Notes: generated by a model from the sequence alone, not told the origin. Counted from the first letter of the stretch, positions 38,582-52,871 are shown. The stretch is DNA of 64,000 nt from Octopus sinensis (GCF_006345805.1 NC_043005.1:47058001-47122000), one strand, 5' to 3'. A program made the numbers and translations.

Positions 38582-38883
38582 AAGGCGGCGAGCTGGCAGA
38601 AACGTTAGCACGCCGGGCGAAATGCGTAGCCGTATTTTGTCTGCCGTTACGTTCTGAGTTCAAATTCCGCCGATGTCGACTTTGCCTTTCATCCTTTCGG
38701 GGTCGATAAATTAAGTACCAGTTGCGTACTGGGGTCGATGTAATCGACTTAATCCTTTTGTCTGTCCTTGTTCGTCCTCTCTGTGGTTAGCCCCTTGTGG
38801 GTAGTAAAGAAATAGGTATTTCGTCTGCCGCTACGTTCTGAGTTCAAATTCCCTTGTGGGTAGTAAAGAAATAGGCATTTCGT
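38582..38883 (+). mobile_element. SINE family B with tandem internal re-iteration
   Basis: Tail gtgggtagtaaagaaata is followed twice by ggtatttcgt body sequence. Confidence 0.9.
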
Positions 38884-39384
38884 GCCTCTTCATATTTTGC
38901 ATTCAGATTGCGTCAGGTCGACTTTGCCTTTCATCCGTTTCCGGGTTGATAAAATAAGTACCAGTTAAATACTGGAGTCGATGTATTTGACGTACCCTCT
39001 CCCCGAAATGGCTGACTTTGTTCCAAAATTGGAAATCAGAATTACGGCCACGGGTAATTATCACCGCTCGACTTGCAAGAAATAGCAAATAAATTTCCCT
39101 CCGATCAAAAAGCACCTCAATTTTTGATACGATAAAGACACATTAAATATTGTAGTAGTGGACAGTATGGTCATAGCTGGAATGCCTTTGTTCTGTCTAC
39201 TCAATCAGATCTAATCTGGGATTAAACAACAAATAAAATCATCTATGTGGTTACACAGTTTAATAGAAATAGCTGACAAACCTCCATCAAATCACACTTT
39301 ATTGTCTGTGTACATACTGGGTAATGTAATCTCGAAAATTGCGAGAAAAAGCGGGTTGGTTCACTGCTGAAAACTTTTTGAAAT

Positions 39385-39978
39385 CTCTGAAATCTCTATT
39401 TCAAGATCTTTATATTTGCTCAGTTTTTGATAGCTCTTGATAGATACACTTATGTTGATTAGGACAGTCATATCACCGAGGAGTCATTATTTTTGTCCGA
39501 AGTCTTTCAATATAATGTCTGGCCTATTCGCATCTATCTTTCTGCCAATTTGAACGGTGAAGTTCCAGAGGAGTGAGATGTGATAATTGTCAAGTACTGG
39601 AAGTGGCTTGTGTTACCACCAGTTTTTATGATGGACCAGGTCCAGTTTTTTTGCAAATTATCCAGTGAATATACTGTGCTGCTCTATCATACCTCTTGAG
39701 ATACTCGGTAGGCGCGATAAGACTGCAATGGAAACAACATGATCAATGGTTTCATTTTGTTGTTTACATACACGGCATGTTGGGCTACTGCCGTTCTTTA
39801 ATATGCTGGCCTGGTAGTGCGGTGCTATGGTAAATCCTTCTGTTTCTGATTTTAAGCCAGAAGACACTAACCAGTGATGGGTAAGGGTTTTGTCAACATC
39901 GGCATTATTAGCTCTCTTTGGATATTTGCCATTGAGAGGTTTTTCCTGCCATTTATCAGTAATAATATCTAAGACATA
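39385..39978 (-). mobile_element. R4/Dong-type RLE LINE fragment (CCHC + RLE)
   Basis: GLKSETEGF, CRVCKQQNETIDHVVS, LWNF..ANRPDIILKD, KLSKYKDLEIEI. Confidence 0.88.
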
Positions 39979-39980
39979 TC

Positions 39981-40041
<61 letters not shown>

Positions 40042-42475
40042 TACTTTTAATCTGCATGCTTGTTACAATCACTTGCCGAGACACACCCAGTATCCTAGGG
40101 TGATTGAAAGATAATAGATCTTACAGTATGACTGAAAGCTTGGGGGGTGGGAAATGGTAGGGGAAGTAGCGAAATATCTTCATGGAATAAAACGCAGACG
40201 TTTAAACTGGTAGGGTTTTTCGAAGGATGTGGGCAGTACTTTTCAGCACAATCTTTTGAATTTCCATGAGATATGGCTCTCCTAAGATATCATCTAGATG
40301 TTTCTGACATCCATTTCTTATACCTAGGTCATCCGCAATAACAGGAACAGCTCTCGCTTTAAGATACAACATCTTTTGTATTTCAATATCCGAGTCCTTA
40401 TATTTACTTCATTTGTCAAATTCCTTTACGGATATATTTTCATCAGTAGGAACATTTACATCTATTAGTCTATAAGTATTTTCTTTTCTGTCTTTAATGA
40501 CTATATCTGGTCAATTGTTATGGATCGTTCTGTCGATGTTGGCTGAAAAATCCCAGAGGATAGTGGCATTTTTACCTTCTACGACTAACTCAGGATTATC
40601 TTCATACTAGTAAGCATGAGTGCTGATTTTGTAGCATTTACATATTTTCCAATGTAAATACTGTCCTACCTTATCGTGGCGATTTTGTATTCGTTTGTTG
40701 TCAGCGTAGGACATCCCGAGACGTGATGGTCTATTGTTTCATCAATTTATCGCAGAATCTACATTTAGGATCAGAACCATTTTGAAGAACGTTAGCCTGA
40801 TAGTTTTTGGCAAGAAAACTTTGATCTTGTGCCGCTAATATGAAACCTTCAGTCTCTGCTTTTAGTCCTGAGCTTCTCCACCGCTGATGGGCTATTGCTT
40901 GGTCTACATCAGCATTTCGGCTTCGAAGTATATACTGTCCATCCACAGGTTTCTGGCTCCACCGATCCTCAATTTGTGGCTCCACCGATCCGTTCTTTTT
41001 GCAGTCTGTTTGATCCGTTTTGCTTGTTTGGTGATGGTGGTTTCAGGTTCTTCATCTAATTCAAGGTTAATGCTTTCTTTTCAATAGAATGTGATTTTTG
41101 CTGCTTCGTGCAACCAGTCCTCTTTGCTAGATAAGTACTTGTTCATTGTTATTTTGGGAGTCTTTTAGCACAGTTTTACCTGCATCATTCCTCTTACCTC
41201 ATTACTTCTAGGGAGGCATGTTCTTAGATGTTTGTAGTTTTCTTGACTTCCTGTCCAGGCGTTGGAGCTCTGTAGGATTCCAGTTGATGTGAAAACTGTA
41301 TTGGACTACTGGAAGTGCCAGAGTGTTAATGGCTTCGATGCGAATTATGGAGTTGAGTTCAGTTTTCGTATGCATTTTGATTTCCTGTAATACTCCTTTC
41401 TTTTTTTTTCGTTTACGGTAGTATTGTATTCCATCTCCGTTTATTCCCACTATTTATAGCTTTCTTGTGGGTCAAGCTCCTAGATGGTAGTGTCGGTATT
41501 TAATTTAATGGAAGCTGTTTATTTGAGCTTGTCTCTTACAAGAGTTGCTTTAGCACACTTATCAAACCCAAAATCCATCCCGATGGCATTGCTGAACTCT
41601 TTAACAGTTGTAAACAGCCCTACTAGCTCTTCGTCATTTCTAGCAAACAGCTTCAGATTGTCCATATAAAACAGATGGTTTAGTATAATATTATACACTT
41701 TGAACCTATACCTAAAGTTACTCAGTTTGTTTGAGAGTGGGATCTGTGCCACGCAAAAGAGTAATGGGGAGAAGGAGCCACTTTGAAAGATGGCTCGTTT
41801 GATGTTGATGTTGTTAGATTGGCTATTCACATTACTATGGTGTAGAAGGTGACGTGTATTCTGTTTGGTCATGCTACCTTCTAAGAATTTAGAGTCGGCA
41901 GGAGAGATCTTATATATTTCAAGGACCTTGAGTAGCCAATTATGTGGGAGACTATCAAACGCTTCCCTGTAGTCTATCCATGTCATACTCAGGTCCTTCT
42001 TTTTGATCCAGCAGTTTTCTACAATCATTTTATTTAAAAGTAATTGTTGTTTGCATCCACAAGAATTCCTTTTACAACCTCTTTGAGCTTGTGGAAGGAT
42101 AGAGTTCTGTTCAAGGAAATTGTATATTCTTTCAGTTACTATCGATGTAAGGATCTTGTAGGTGGTGTTGATAGATGTTATTGGTCGGTAGTCCTTTGGA
42201 TTTTTCGTGTCTTCAGTTTTTAGTAGAAGGTATGTTGTTCCTTCGTTTAGCCAGCCAAATATTTGCTCTGGGTTCATGATAATATCAGTTAGGGATGCAG
42301 CAAAATGTTGGTGTACTTCTGTCAAACAGTTCAGCCAGAAGTTAAGGATCCGGTCCAGTCCTGGGGTTGTCCATTTGTGAAATTTTCTAAGAACACATCT
42401 TAGCTCTTCTACTCATATTGTCTTCCATTTCTGCTCTTCAATTTCATCCTGTTTTACTTTCTCACGTTCTATTCA
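39981..42475 (-). mobile_element. R4/Dong-type RLE LINE, 5'-truncated and decayed
   Basis: YRPITSINTTYKILT, WIDYREAFDSLPH, HLFYMDNLKL, KTELNS..AINTLALPV, CRFCDK, RHDKVG..LHW, PDIVIKD..IDV; (TAA)n tail. Confidence 0.93.
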
Positions 42476-42502
42476 GTGAGCTTATAATTTTTATCATTAA
42501 AT

Positions 42503-42504
<2 letters not shown>

Positions 42505-42543
<39 letters not shown>

Positions 42544-42554
42544 TACCATCATCG

Positions 42555-42648
<94 letters not shown>

Positions 42649-42755
42649 CATTATCATCATCATCATCATCATCCTTATTTGTAGTAGTAGTAGCAGCAAC
42701 AGCAGCAGCAGCAGCAGCAGTGGTAGTAGTAGTAGTAGTAGTAGTAGTAGTTTTT
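42505..42755. repeat. Compound triplet microsatellite (TAT)(CAT)(TAT)(CAT)(TAG)(CAG)(TAG)
   Basis: Direct repeats. Confidence 0.95.
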
Positions 42756-43572
42756 ATTACTAATTCGTGGCGAGATGGTTTGGGTCAGCTCACAAAGAAC
42801 GAGCGCTGCAGGCAAGCGGATATGGCGGTAGTATCTGTGCCGCCGCTGAAGAATGTAGTGATCTGTTAGAATAAATAAATACTGGTGCTACCATTAAGGT
42901 AGCATTAGTTGTTTGCTGCTGTTGCTGTTGCTATTTGTGTCTGCAATTACTGTACTGTAGTTGTTGTTGTAGTTGTTGCTACCATTGTTGTTGTTGGTGG
43001 TGTTGCTGAATACGCGGCTGCTGTTTTTGTCGTTGTTGTTGTTGTTGTTGTTCTTACTAATGCTGCTTTAGTGCTATAACATTTTACTACATCAGTCTTC
43101 AGCTGCAGCCACTAGTAACTGCTGCATGACTTATTAGTATTCTCATCAGTAATGAATCACTAACACCTTACCAGTTTCACCATCTTCGCCGGCTTATAGT
43201 CTTCAACCCCCAAACCCAGAGTTTTTCCTCTAGCTCCCTCATTCCTACCCCTCACCCTCGTCTGTCCGTCCGCCCGTCCGTCCGTTCGTCAATCCATTCG
43301 TATTTCTCTGTTTCTCACACCCTTTCTCACAGAGTGTGAGCATGCATACATACATGCATACATATAAATATATGCACACTTATATATACAAGCACATATA
43401 TATACACATATAAATATACATACACACACATATATATATATATATATGTAAACATCTATATATACATAAAAATACATGTGTCTATATATGTATATACATA
43501 TCTATCCATTTTCTCATTGTCTTTGTGTGCATATATACACTTATATACATATATATAAACTATACATCCATA

Positions 43573-43614
<42 letters not shown>

Positions 43615-43989
43615 TATGGATGTATATGTGTGTGTATATATATGTGTGTGTATGTATGTATATATATATCTGTATGTATGTATATATCTGTATACATATA
43701 TATATGTATATATATATGTATATATGTGTGTATCTATATATATATGTATGCATATCTATATATGTGTATATATATTTATATACCTATATATATCTATTTA
43801 TGTGTATATATATGTATGTATATATATTTACATACACACGCCCTCATATGTGTTCCACTTTCCGTTCAGTTTTTCTCTTTCGTTATTTTTCTCGCTTTAC
43901 ATTTTTAGTTCTTTTTTTTTTTAGTTGCACTCTACATACCACCAACACAGCTATCTGTAAAATCGCCACCACCATACCACCACACACAA

Positions 43990-44480
43990 CAACAACAACA
44001 ACAACAATAACAACAACAATAACAACAACAACTCCAACAACACCGCCAATGACATCAATAACAACGTTCACTTTGCTCCCCCCCCACCACCACCACATCA
44101 CCACCACTTCTACCACCAAAAACAATATCAACATCACCACCATCATCAGCATTATCCAGCTGCATCATTGCCGTTTCCACCACTGCAGCCTATAGTACCA
44201 ATATATTCACTGCCAATAGTAATGCTAACACACCAGCACCAACAAAACCAACCACGATTGTCTAGCAGCGTCGTTGCCATCATCAACCTCCAAACCTGAA
44301 CGTCACTAACCCTTTTTCACCAACACCATCACTATCATTATGCTGACATTCACCAGCAGAACCGCCATTTTCAACATCGCCACTATCACCACTACCATTA
44401 CTAACACCGCTACTGCACTCATCATCATCATCATCATCATCATTATCATCATCATTATCATCATCATCATCATCATCTCT
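43990..44480. repeat. Degenerate (CAA)/(CAC)/(CAT) triplet region
   Basis: Low-complexity triplets, no splice-flanked ORF. Confidence 0.85.
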
Positions 44481-44615
44481 ATCTTTCGAATTTGAATCAT
44501 CTTGTTACCTTCAACTCACAACATATCCCCTTCCTGCTACTGCGTTTCTCCCCGTCTCTCTCCTTTTCTATCTGTGTGTGTTTGTGCTTGTATATATATA
44601 TATATATAATATATA

Positions 44616-44670
<55 letters not shown>

Positions 44671-44728
44671 ATATATAATACATATATATATATATGTATG
44701 CATGTATGTATGTATATATGTATGTATG

Positions 44729-44771
<43 letters not shown>

Positions 44772-45296
44772 TAAGACTCACTTTGTTAAACGTAACATTT
44801 CTCGCTCAATGATTTCCTTTGCGCCTTTCTTTCATATCTCTTTCTATCTACACCATCGCCGTCTCACTTACATGAACATTGAAATTGCTCATACATTCCT
44901 TTAAGCATCTATCTACCTTTTTATGTTAAATATGAATAAATTCATCTCTTTCTCTCTCTTCTCTGTTTGTCTGCCTCTCTTTCTCTCTCTCTCTCTCTCT
45001 CTGCGTACTTACATATACACGTACATGCAATTACTAGTGTCTCCATCGCATCGGTAAAATGTAACCATGCATCTGCATATGTATTTACAGACTTAGAGAA
45101 GAATTTTTGAAGATGCAGTTGCCCACACATGTAAAGATTTCCTCTCCTTTAAGCTAGTAATGTTTCACTAAGGAAAAGACGATTGATTTCGGCCAATGAA
45201 GAGCTGGTCAAGTGTGTAGGTACTATTGAAGCACCAGGAGCCGTATCAGACAAAAAAAAGAAGGCATCACGCCTAACCATCTTATAGTGCCATCTG

Positions 45297-45607
45297 TTGT
45301 TCTGTTCTGTTTGTTCCTTCTCGAGCTATGCCCGGCTCATAAGGGCCGGTTTCTCTGTTTCATTGGCTTAAACGTTCTCCACCTGGACGGGACGCCGGTC
45401 ACTCGCTGGTGAGCTGCTAGATGCAGGAGGAAAGATTCAGAGAAAGTTGTGGCGAAAGACTCAGCAGAAGTTCGCCATTACCTTCTGCCGAAGCCGCGTG
45501 GAGCTTAGGTGTTTCGCTCATAAACTCACGCATCGTCCGGTCTGAGATTCGAACCAACGATCCTTCAAATGCAATCCGCTGCTCTAACCACTAATCCATG
45601 TGTCTCC
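45297..45607 (-). mobile_element. SINE family C
   Basis: Near-identical to 15899-16201. Confidence 0.9.
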
Positions 45608-45984
45608 ACTCATAGTACCTTCAGTCCTTGGTTATTATGTTGGTTTAAAATTATGGCACAAGGCCAGCAATGTACGATGAGGAGGTAGGGTGGTTGCATC
45701 GACCTCCGTACTCAACTGCTACTTATTTTCTTGATCCTGAAAAGCTGAATTTGAACTTAAACGTAAAGATGGATGACATGCTAATGGTTCTACCAGCTTG
45801 CTGCTTTATCAGTGGTACTTATATTGAGACCTGAAAGAATAAAAAGCGAAGTTCACTTTGAGTCTATTTGAACTGAGTACGCTGACAATCGGAACAAACA
45901 CCACGCGTCATTCAATCCAAACTTTTGCGTAGCACCTTTGGCAAGTATCTTCTCATATTGCCTGAGAAAGCATTGAACAACCAC

Positions 45985-46255
45985 TACTTTTGAGAGAACT
46001 TGGTAGGCGGAAATTCTATCTATATATATGCACATGTATGTATATGTGAGTGTTTTTCTGATAGTCCTACGTCCACCGCTTTGATAAACAATGTTTGTTT
46101 ACGTTCTCTTAACATAGACGTTTGGCAAAAGAAATCCATAGAATATATACTTGACATAAAGAAACAAGTTCTGTGGTTGATTTATTCGACTCGCCCTCTG
46201 AAGATGGTGCCTCAACGTGACCGTAGACTAATGAGTGAAACAAGTAAACGATAAA
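45985..46255 (+). mobile_element. SINE family A, degenerate 3' part
   Basis: ttggtaggcggaaatt..gtttacgt..tcgact..ggtgcctcaac..gaaacaagtaaa. Confidence 0.75.
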
Positions 46256-46614
46256 AGTCAGAAGAGGTAAATATACACTATCTGAAACGTAGAGTATAAC
46301 ATTTTGAGACTCGTATAGATTTAGCCACGCTATGAAAACTACATAAAAGAGAATAACAAAAATGTTTAACTACAGGTAGAGAAAACGATCAACTTGACTA
46401 CTTTCTACTCTTTAAAGAATTTCATATAAAAATGAAAGTCCAGCTTCTACGCACAGTAAAAAATAATTTATCTTATAATTATCATAGAATTTTCAACAAA
46501 GTTAATTAATCAAGCTAATTCATTTAACCATTCATATGCTGAAATGCGGAATAATTTATGAATATTGCACCATGCAAGGTTTCAAAATTATTTTGGATAC
46601 ACATACGATTTAGT

Positions 46615-46639
46615 CACTATCTATCTATATCTATCTATC

Positions 46640-46684
<45 letters not shown>

Positions 46685-46754
46685 ATATATATTATTATAT
46701 ATGTATATATATATATGTATATATATGTATATATATGTATATATATATATATAT

Positions 46755-46789
<35 letters not shown>

Positions 46790-46847
46790 CTATACATATA
46801 CATATATATATATTATAATATATATATATTTTTACACACACACACAT

Positions 46848-46888
<41 letters not shown>

Positions 46889-46900
46889 TATATGCAGGTA
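46615..46900. repeat. (TCTA)/(TA)/(CA) microsatellite
   Basis: Direct repeats. Confidence 0.95.
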
Positions 46901-47339
46901 TATATGTACGCGTATGTAAGTGCATATAAATCGTTCATGATTCACCTGAAGCGATAAGTTAGGCAACTCAATACAAGTGTATTATTCCTTAATACATTCT
47001 AACTGAAAGGCTCCGAGTTCCAGTACACAGAGTTACTCGTTCCCGGTGATCAGGTGGGTAATCCGAGCCGATTTTTCTTTTCAAAATTTTTACTGTTTGA
47101 ATATAATTGGAAATAGGAAAAGAAAATTTGAAAAAAACACTTATCTTTCTATTCTTTTATTGCAAGCGATACGTACAAAATTGGCTATTTCAACTTATGT
47201 ATTTGATTTCATTTCTGATTCTTGTGAACGTACGCTAAAGATCATATAAATAGATAAATAAACAGACAGTCAGATACGTACACAAACAGGTAGACAGGTA
47301 GACAGGTACACAGAAAGAAAGATAGATATGAATATTTAA

Positions 47340-47352
47340 TATATATATACAT

Positions 47353-47388
<36 letters not shown>

Positions 47389-47498
47389 CACACACATATA
47401 TACATATATTTGTACGTACGTACGTACGTATGTATGTATGTATGTATGTTTGTATGTATGTATGTATGTATGTATGTGTGTATGTATGTATGTATGTG

Positions 47499-47530
<32 letters not shown>

Positions 47531-47590
47531 TGTATGTATGTATGCATGTATGCATGCATGTATGTATGTTTGTATGTATGTATGTATGTA

Positions 47591-47650
<60 letters not shown>
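47340..47650. repeat. (CA)/(TATG)/(TA) microsatellite
   Basis: Direct repeats. Confidence 0.95.
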
Positions 47651-47656
<6 letters not shown>

Positions 47657-47987
47657 CGTCAGTAAATGTGACCGATAGTTGCAGAACCACCTACATCGCA
47701 AGAAATAGGAGCAAAATACTCCTGATGCTGTAAAAAGATCGCAAATGTATACACATACGCTGGTAGGGGAAGAAACCGCTCCATGACTGAATAGAGAATC
47801 TCACATACTAGACGTCTAATTTCGCGTATTTCCACACTATTCGCTAGTGAGAGCTCTTCTTATAGCACCAGGAGTATTTACTCCAATTTCTAGTAATATA
47901 AGTGTTTCTGCACCCTTTAGTCACATTTAGTGATGATTTAATTTTTTCTTTACGGTATTAAATTGCACCCTGCTGTTTAGATTAATA

Positions 47988-48036
<49 letters not shown>

Positions 48037-48659
48037 TATATATAACTGTGTGTGTGTGTGGGGTGTGTGTGTGTGTGTGTAAGCGTTAATTACCACATGA
48101 AATGAAAATCCTTTCCAAAGCCAAACCTATATTATCGAGTCAAAAAGATGTTCGGTATATTCGAAAATGACTGTCTATAACTTTATGTATACATGACAAA
48201 AAATACATCGTGGCGGAAATTAAATATAGACTCTCCTTAAACCATTTCCATCTGGTTTACATATTTTTGGTACACAATGTTTGTTATAACATTGGTTATT
48301 TCCCTTGTATTTTTCTCTGTACGTTTCTTTACCTCTATTGCTATATGAACGTTCACGTTTAAACACCAAGAGCTTTGAACGCAGCTGACAACCGTCTTGT
48401 ATTTATCTGCTAGTAAAAATGGTGAAACAAATTGACTTGTTGAGGGAAAAACCCTGGGTAGCTGCATTTCATTTTAATGTTTTCTTTACTCTCTTAGCTG
48501 TTCAAGTGTTAATCTACTTGTTGAAGCCTTCATACGTTTCAGCGTTCGTACTAATGCGAGAATGATCACTGTACACGAGTAAACAGCTAAACATACAAAT
48601 TACAATGATCATCTACCATTAGAAATGAAACCAGTGTGTAAAAATGAATTTTGGAGTTA

Positions 48660-48933
48660 TCATTTTCATTTTTTTTCATTTTATCTAGCTTCAGCTCACA
48701 AGCTGTGGCCATGCTGGGGCACAGCCATTCGGTGTTGCTACATGATTTTACTTCACGAATGCTTTTTAGCAATTGGCATTTGGCGCATGAGAGATTTTGA
48801 TGCAGCTGTCCTCATCTGCCGTGAAGTTGGTTCATCTGGGACACCTGACAGGAAGAGGTCCAGCTTTATTTTAAAGACATCTGCATCCCCCCCCCCCATG
48901 CAGGTCTCTCAGGTCCTTCGGGAGGATATATTT
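48660..48933 (-). mobile_element. CR1/L2-group LINE 3' end (second subfamily)
   Basis: DVFKIKLDLFLSGVPDEPTSRQMRTAASKSL; tail cagcttgtgagctgaagc. Confidence 0.9.
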
Positions 48934-49418
48934 TAAAAAAATATTTTGGAATAATTTAATTAGTTATATTACAAAAGAAGTTGTGAACTTTTTGTATTGT
49001 TTATTATATGTTGTTCCTTGCGTTGGATATTTAAAAGATTTTACATATAGACACATAAAAAACATACGCACTACTGTCATATCAAATATGGAAAATTCTT
49101 TAATCTGGAGCTAATCCCCGTTCTCATATAAATATGGTCTCAGTTTCCATTTTGTCATTGGCACATCCTTTATAGTCAGAAATAATTTCAGTACACCAAG
49201 AATTTATGTTGTATGGTATTTGATATGTCTATATTTGTCTATGTTATCCATATGCATAACACTGGCTATACTGAATCATTTCTCATATCTAAATTTTGTT
49301 AAATGCCAATATATGTGCGCGTGTTTGTGTACACATACGCATACACACATGCACACAAACACAAGCATATCTTCAATTGCATATAGGTGTGAATACATAT
49401 ATAATATCTTATATATAT

Positions 49419-49613
49419 ATCACTTTGATCACTTTGACCGACCAGTCCGTCAGGCGTCCATTTGACACCGCTGGTCACAGCACGCTGTCCACTCCTCTCT
49501 GGATGGCGCCTTTCTCATCCACGTGATCCCAATCGTCCTCCTGAAATCGTAATTCCACCGTCGTGGAGGTCTTCCGGGTGATCTTTTCCGCTCACGCGGG
49601 TACCACTCGACAA
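49419..49613 (-). mobile_element. RTE LINE 3' end with (CAAAGTGAT) tail
   Basis: EWYPRERKRSPGRPPRRW..W...A.SREEW; both flanks (TA)n. Confidence 0.9.
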
Positions 49614-50399
49614 CTATATATATATATATATATATAATATATATATATATATTATATATATATGCGTGGTGAATTGTAGTGAGAAATATAAAAGAAGGAA
49701 ATATAAAAAGCACAGGAATTTTATGTCTCTCGTACACACACACAGAGTAAGCTGAAACCTCTCCTTTTTCCCTCGTGTCTCTCTACCTCCCACTAAATAC
49801 ACTAACAGTTACCAGTTACTCCCAAATACTATTCTATAGACCCCAAACACATATTTCTATTAGTTCTTCCCTAGAATTTCCAAGAACTCTCTTTAAGTCT
49901 GACTCGCTCGTTTTTCTTCTCTTTTACGCTCGCTGTCTTTTACATTATAATAATGAAAGTTGCAACTATGCGAATACTATTAGTGCATTTATGTTTGTCA
50001 TTTCTACCTCCCCACCCCGTTCCATTTACCATTTTACCTCTTTCTTCCTCTCTCTAAATGGCTTTTAATTTATCTATTGATCTATCTATCTCTCAGTCAC
50101 AGTTTATATATTAAACCATCTCTCATTCAAATGATTCATTGCCACTCATCTACTGCTTCCTCTCAATCTATCAAAAGTTCCCCTCCTCACCCCTCTGTCT
50201 ATCTATATATCAATCTGCCCATCCTTTTTATGGACTACTCTTCTCTTTATATCGCTGAGCTCTCTCCCATTCTCCCTTTCTGTCTGTTACACACACATAC
50301 ACATACATCTATCTGTCTATCGAGATATATATATATATATATGTCTGTCTTTCTGCCTGTCTATCTATCTACCGTTTTCTCTCCATGTGTGTATATGTA

Positions 50400-50532
50400 T
50401 AAATATTATACACACACACACACATATATATATATATGTAATATAATATGTATATATATAATATATATATATATGTAATATATAATATATATATATGTGT
50501 GTGTATATAATATATATATATATATATATGTG

Positions 50533-50610
<78 letters not shown>
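50400..50610. repeat. (CA)/(TA)/(TG) microsatellite
   Basis: Direct repeats. Confidence 0.95.
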
Positions 50611-50615
<5 letters not shown>

Positions 50616-51469
50616 TATGTACACGCACATGTATGCATGCGACCCTCTCGCTTTCTTTTGTCATTCTTCTAGTGCAAACCCACCTTCCACCATCACCACC
50701 AACAACGTACACAAATCCGCGCACGGGGCTTATTCTCCCTCTTTTTCCTTCTCACTCTCCTTCTCCCTCTTTCACTCTGTCTTTCTCTCTCAATATTCCC
50801 TTACACCTCCCAGGTTTTCTATCTCATCCATATTTCTATCTATATTGCCATCCCTGACCCACAAAGTTCACTCTATCTCTCAACTCACCGCTCCCATGCT
50901 TTATATCCTTATCAACTTGATCCCGTTTAACATGGTATCTACCAATACATCTACTAGTTACTCACTGTGGATGCTAGTATGTTGTTTCTCATCTGTCTGA
51001 TTCACTAATATTATCCCCCTTCAACTTACTGTCTCTTCTCGCTACTAATCGTCTCCCAACCATTTCCCTTCTCTATTCTGCTCCATGCCTTTTTCTTTCC
51101 TCTCTCAGTTACTCTAAAATATAATCTGAAAGTGCATATGTTCCTCTGTCTATGCATAGAGCTATGTCTGTTTGTAAAAGATTATGTACGTTTGTAAAAT
51201 TGTACGTGTATGCTGCCTTGTTTTAAACAAAATATAAGTAAATATTCCTCTGATCCACTCTACACACACACATATGTATATATGTATGTATGTGTGTATA
51301 TATGTGTGTATGTATGTGTATATATATACATAGATACATACATACTTATATATATATGTGTGTGTGTGAATTTTCAATTTACAAAGAAATTGATTTGTTT
51401 ATCAATAAAAAAACATGTCTGAAACAGCTGTAATGAACATCGGCCCATCAGGTTATCATATATATATAT

Positions 51470-51509
<40 letters not shown>

Positions 51510-51510
51510 A

Positions 51511-51806
51511 CTAGCAGTATCGCCCGGCGGTGCTCGAGTTTGTAAGGGAAATAACTATATAAGCATTTTAGAGAGTTACTTCCCTTATATAATAGCAAAA
51601 AAAATGCATTAAAAATGGGAAAGAATGATGGTAAATTTTTTTTTTAATCGTACACTCATCGTAGACGCGTGCTAGTACCCAGAATGGCTTGATATGAATC
51701 ACGACTATAAGATACCCGCTTTTGGTTAAACTGCACCGCAAAATGTGGGAGTAGTTAGGAATCTAAATCGTAGGAGACAGACACAACTTCACTTTTATAT
51801 ATAAAG
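51511..51806 (-). mobile_element. Non-autonomous Helitron-like element
   Basis: 3' CTAG followed by T, subterminal hairpin, 5' ctttatatataaaag; paralogue at 52124. Confidence 0.85.
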
Positions 51807-52123
51807 TTAAGGGTGCAAAATTGAATGTTAATTTGATTTATATCAATTTAGAACCAGTTGTCTCGTTAGTATATTATAATCTGAAGATTCAGAAAAATTA
51901 TATTACATACATATGAGGGATGACCAGTACGTCGACATCCCTCCTATATATATGTATGTCTGTATGTATATATATATATATAATAAAACTAATGGGACGA
52001 ACTTTATTACAGCTGTTTCAGATGTGTTTTTGTTTTTGATAAATCAATTACATCATGTAAAAAAATGAGTGTCTGGCATGATAATAACCGAGGAGGTGTA
52101 GCAGCGTTCCTGGCTTTCGGTAA

Positions 52124-52521
52124 TCTTTATATATAAAAGTGAGGTTGTGTGCTGTCTGTCTCCTACGATTTAGATTCCTAACTACTCCCACATTTTGCGG
52201 TGCAGTTTAACCAAAACCGAGTATCTTATAGTCGTGATTCATATCGAGCCCTTCTGGGTATTAGCACGCGTCTACGATGAGTCTACGATTTAAAAAAAAT
52301 TTACCATGAATTTTTTCCATTTTTAATGCATTTTTGGCATATATAAGGGAAGTAACTCTCTAAAAATTTATTATAAATCTCAGAACGTAAAAAGCTACAG
52401 TAACACCCCACCCCCCTTTGTGGTTAGCCATATTGAGATGGCTATTATACTTTACATCTTTAAAAATGCTTATATAGTTATTTCCCTTACAAACCCGAGC
52501 AACGCCGGGCGATACTGCTAG
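52124..52521 (+). mobile_element. Non-autonomous Helitron-like element
   Basis: A|TC start, cccg-agcaacgc-cggg hairpin, CTAG end. Confidence 0.88.
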
Positions 52522-52871
52522 GAGAAAATACAGGAAGATCAATTAATTATGATTTTATTCAACATATTCCCATCTCAGATTCACGCACTTATTGCACAGG
52601 CCTTCAGTTTTTCTTTTTCTTAGCTCTGTAAAAGAACTGGGAAGGTTGCACCTTCAACCAGTCCTTTCACAATACCATTAAAGCCAGTAACTTTTCAGCG
52701 TCTCCTCGTATACATAAATATGGCACTACATTTAAATTGATGTATTGTTTGGATTGTTCAATTAAATGGAGCCGTTTGAAACGGTCGTATTGCATCACTA
52801 CTTGATATCCTGTTGATTATTTTGTTTATAAATAATAATAATAATAATAATAATATAATATATATATATTA

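Noticed and set aside
43930-44195. Thr/His-rich mucin-like frame
   Set aside because: Degenerate triplet microsatellite with no splice or start support
48237-48560. Hydrophobic plus-strand frames and NYRPIT-like remnant on the minus strand
   Set aside because: Ambiguous; more likely an unrecognisably old RT fossil than a membrane-protein exon
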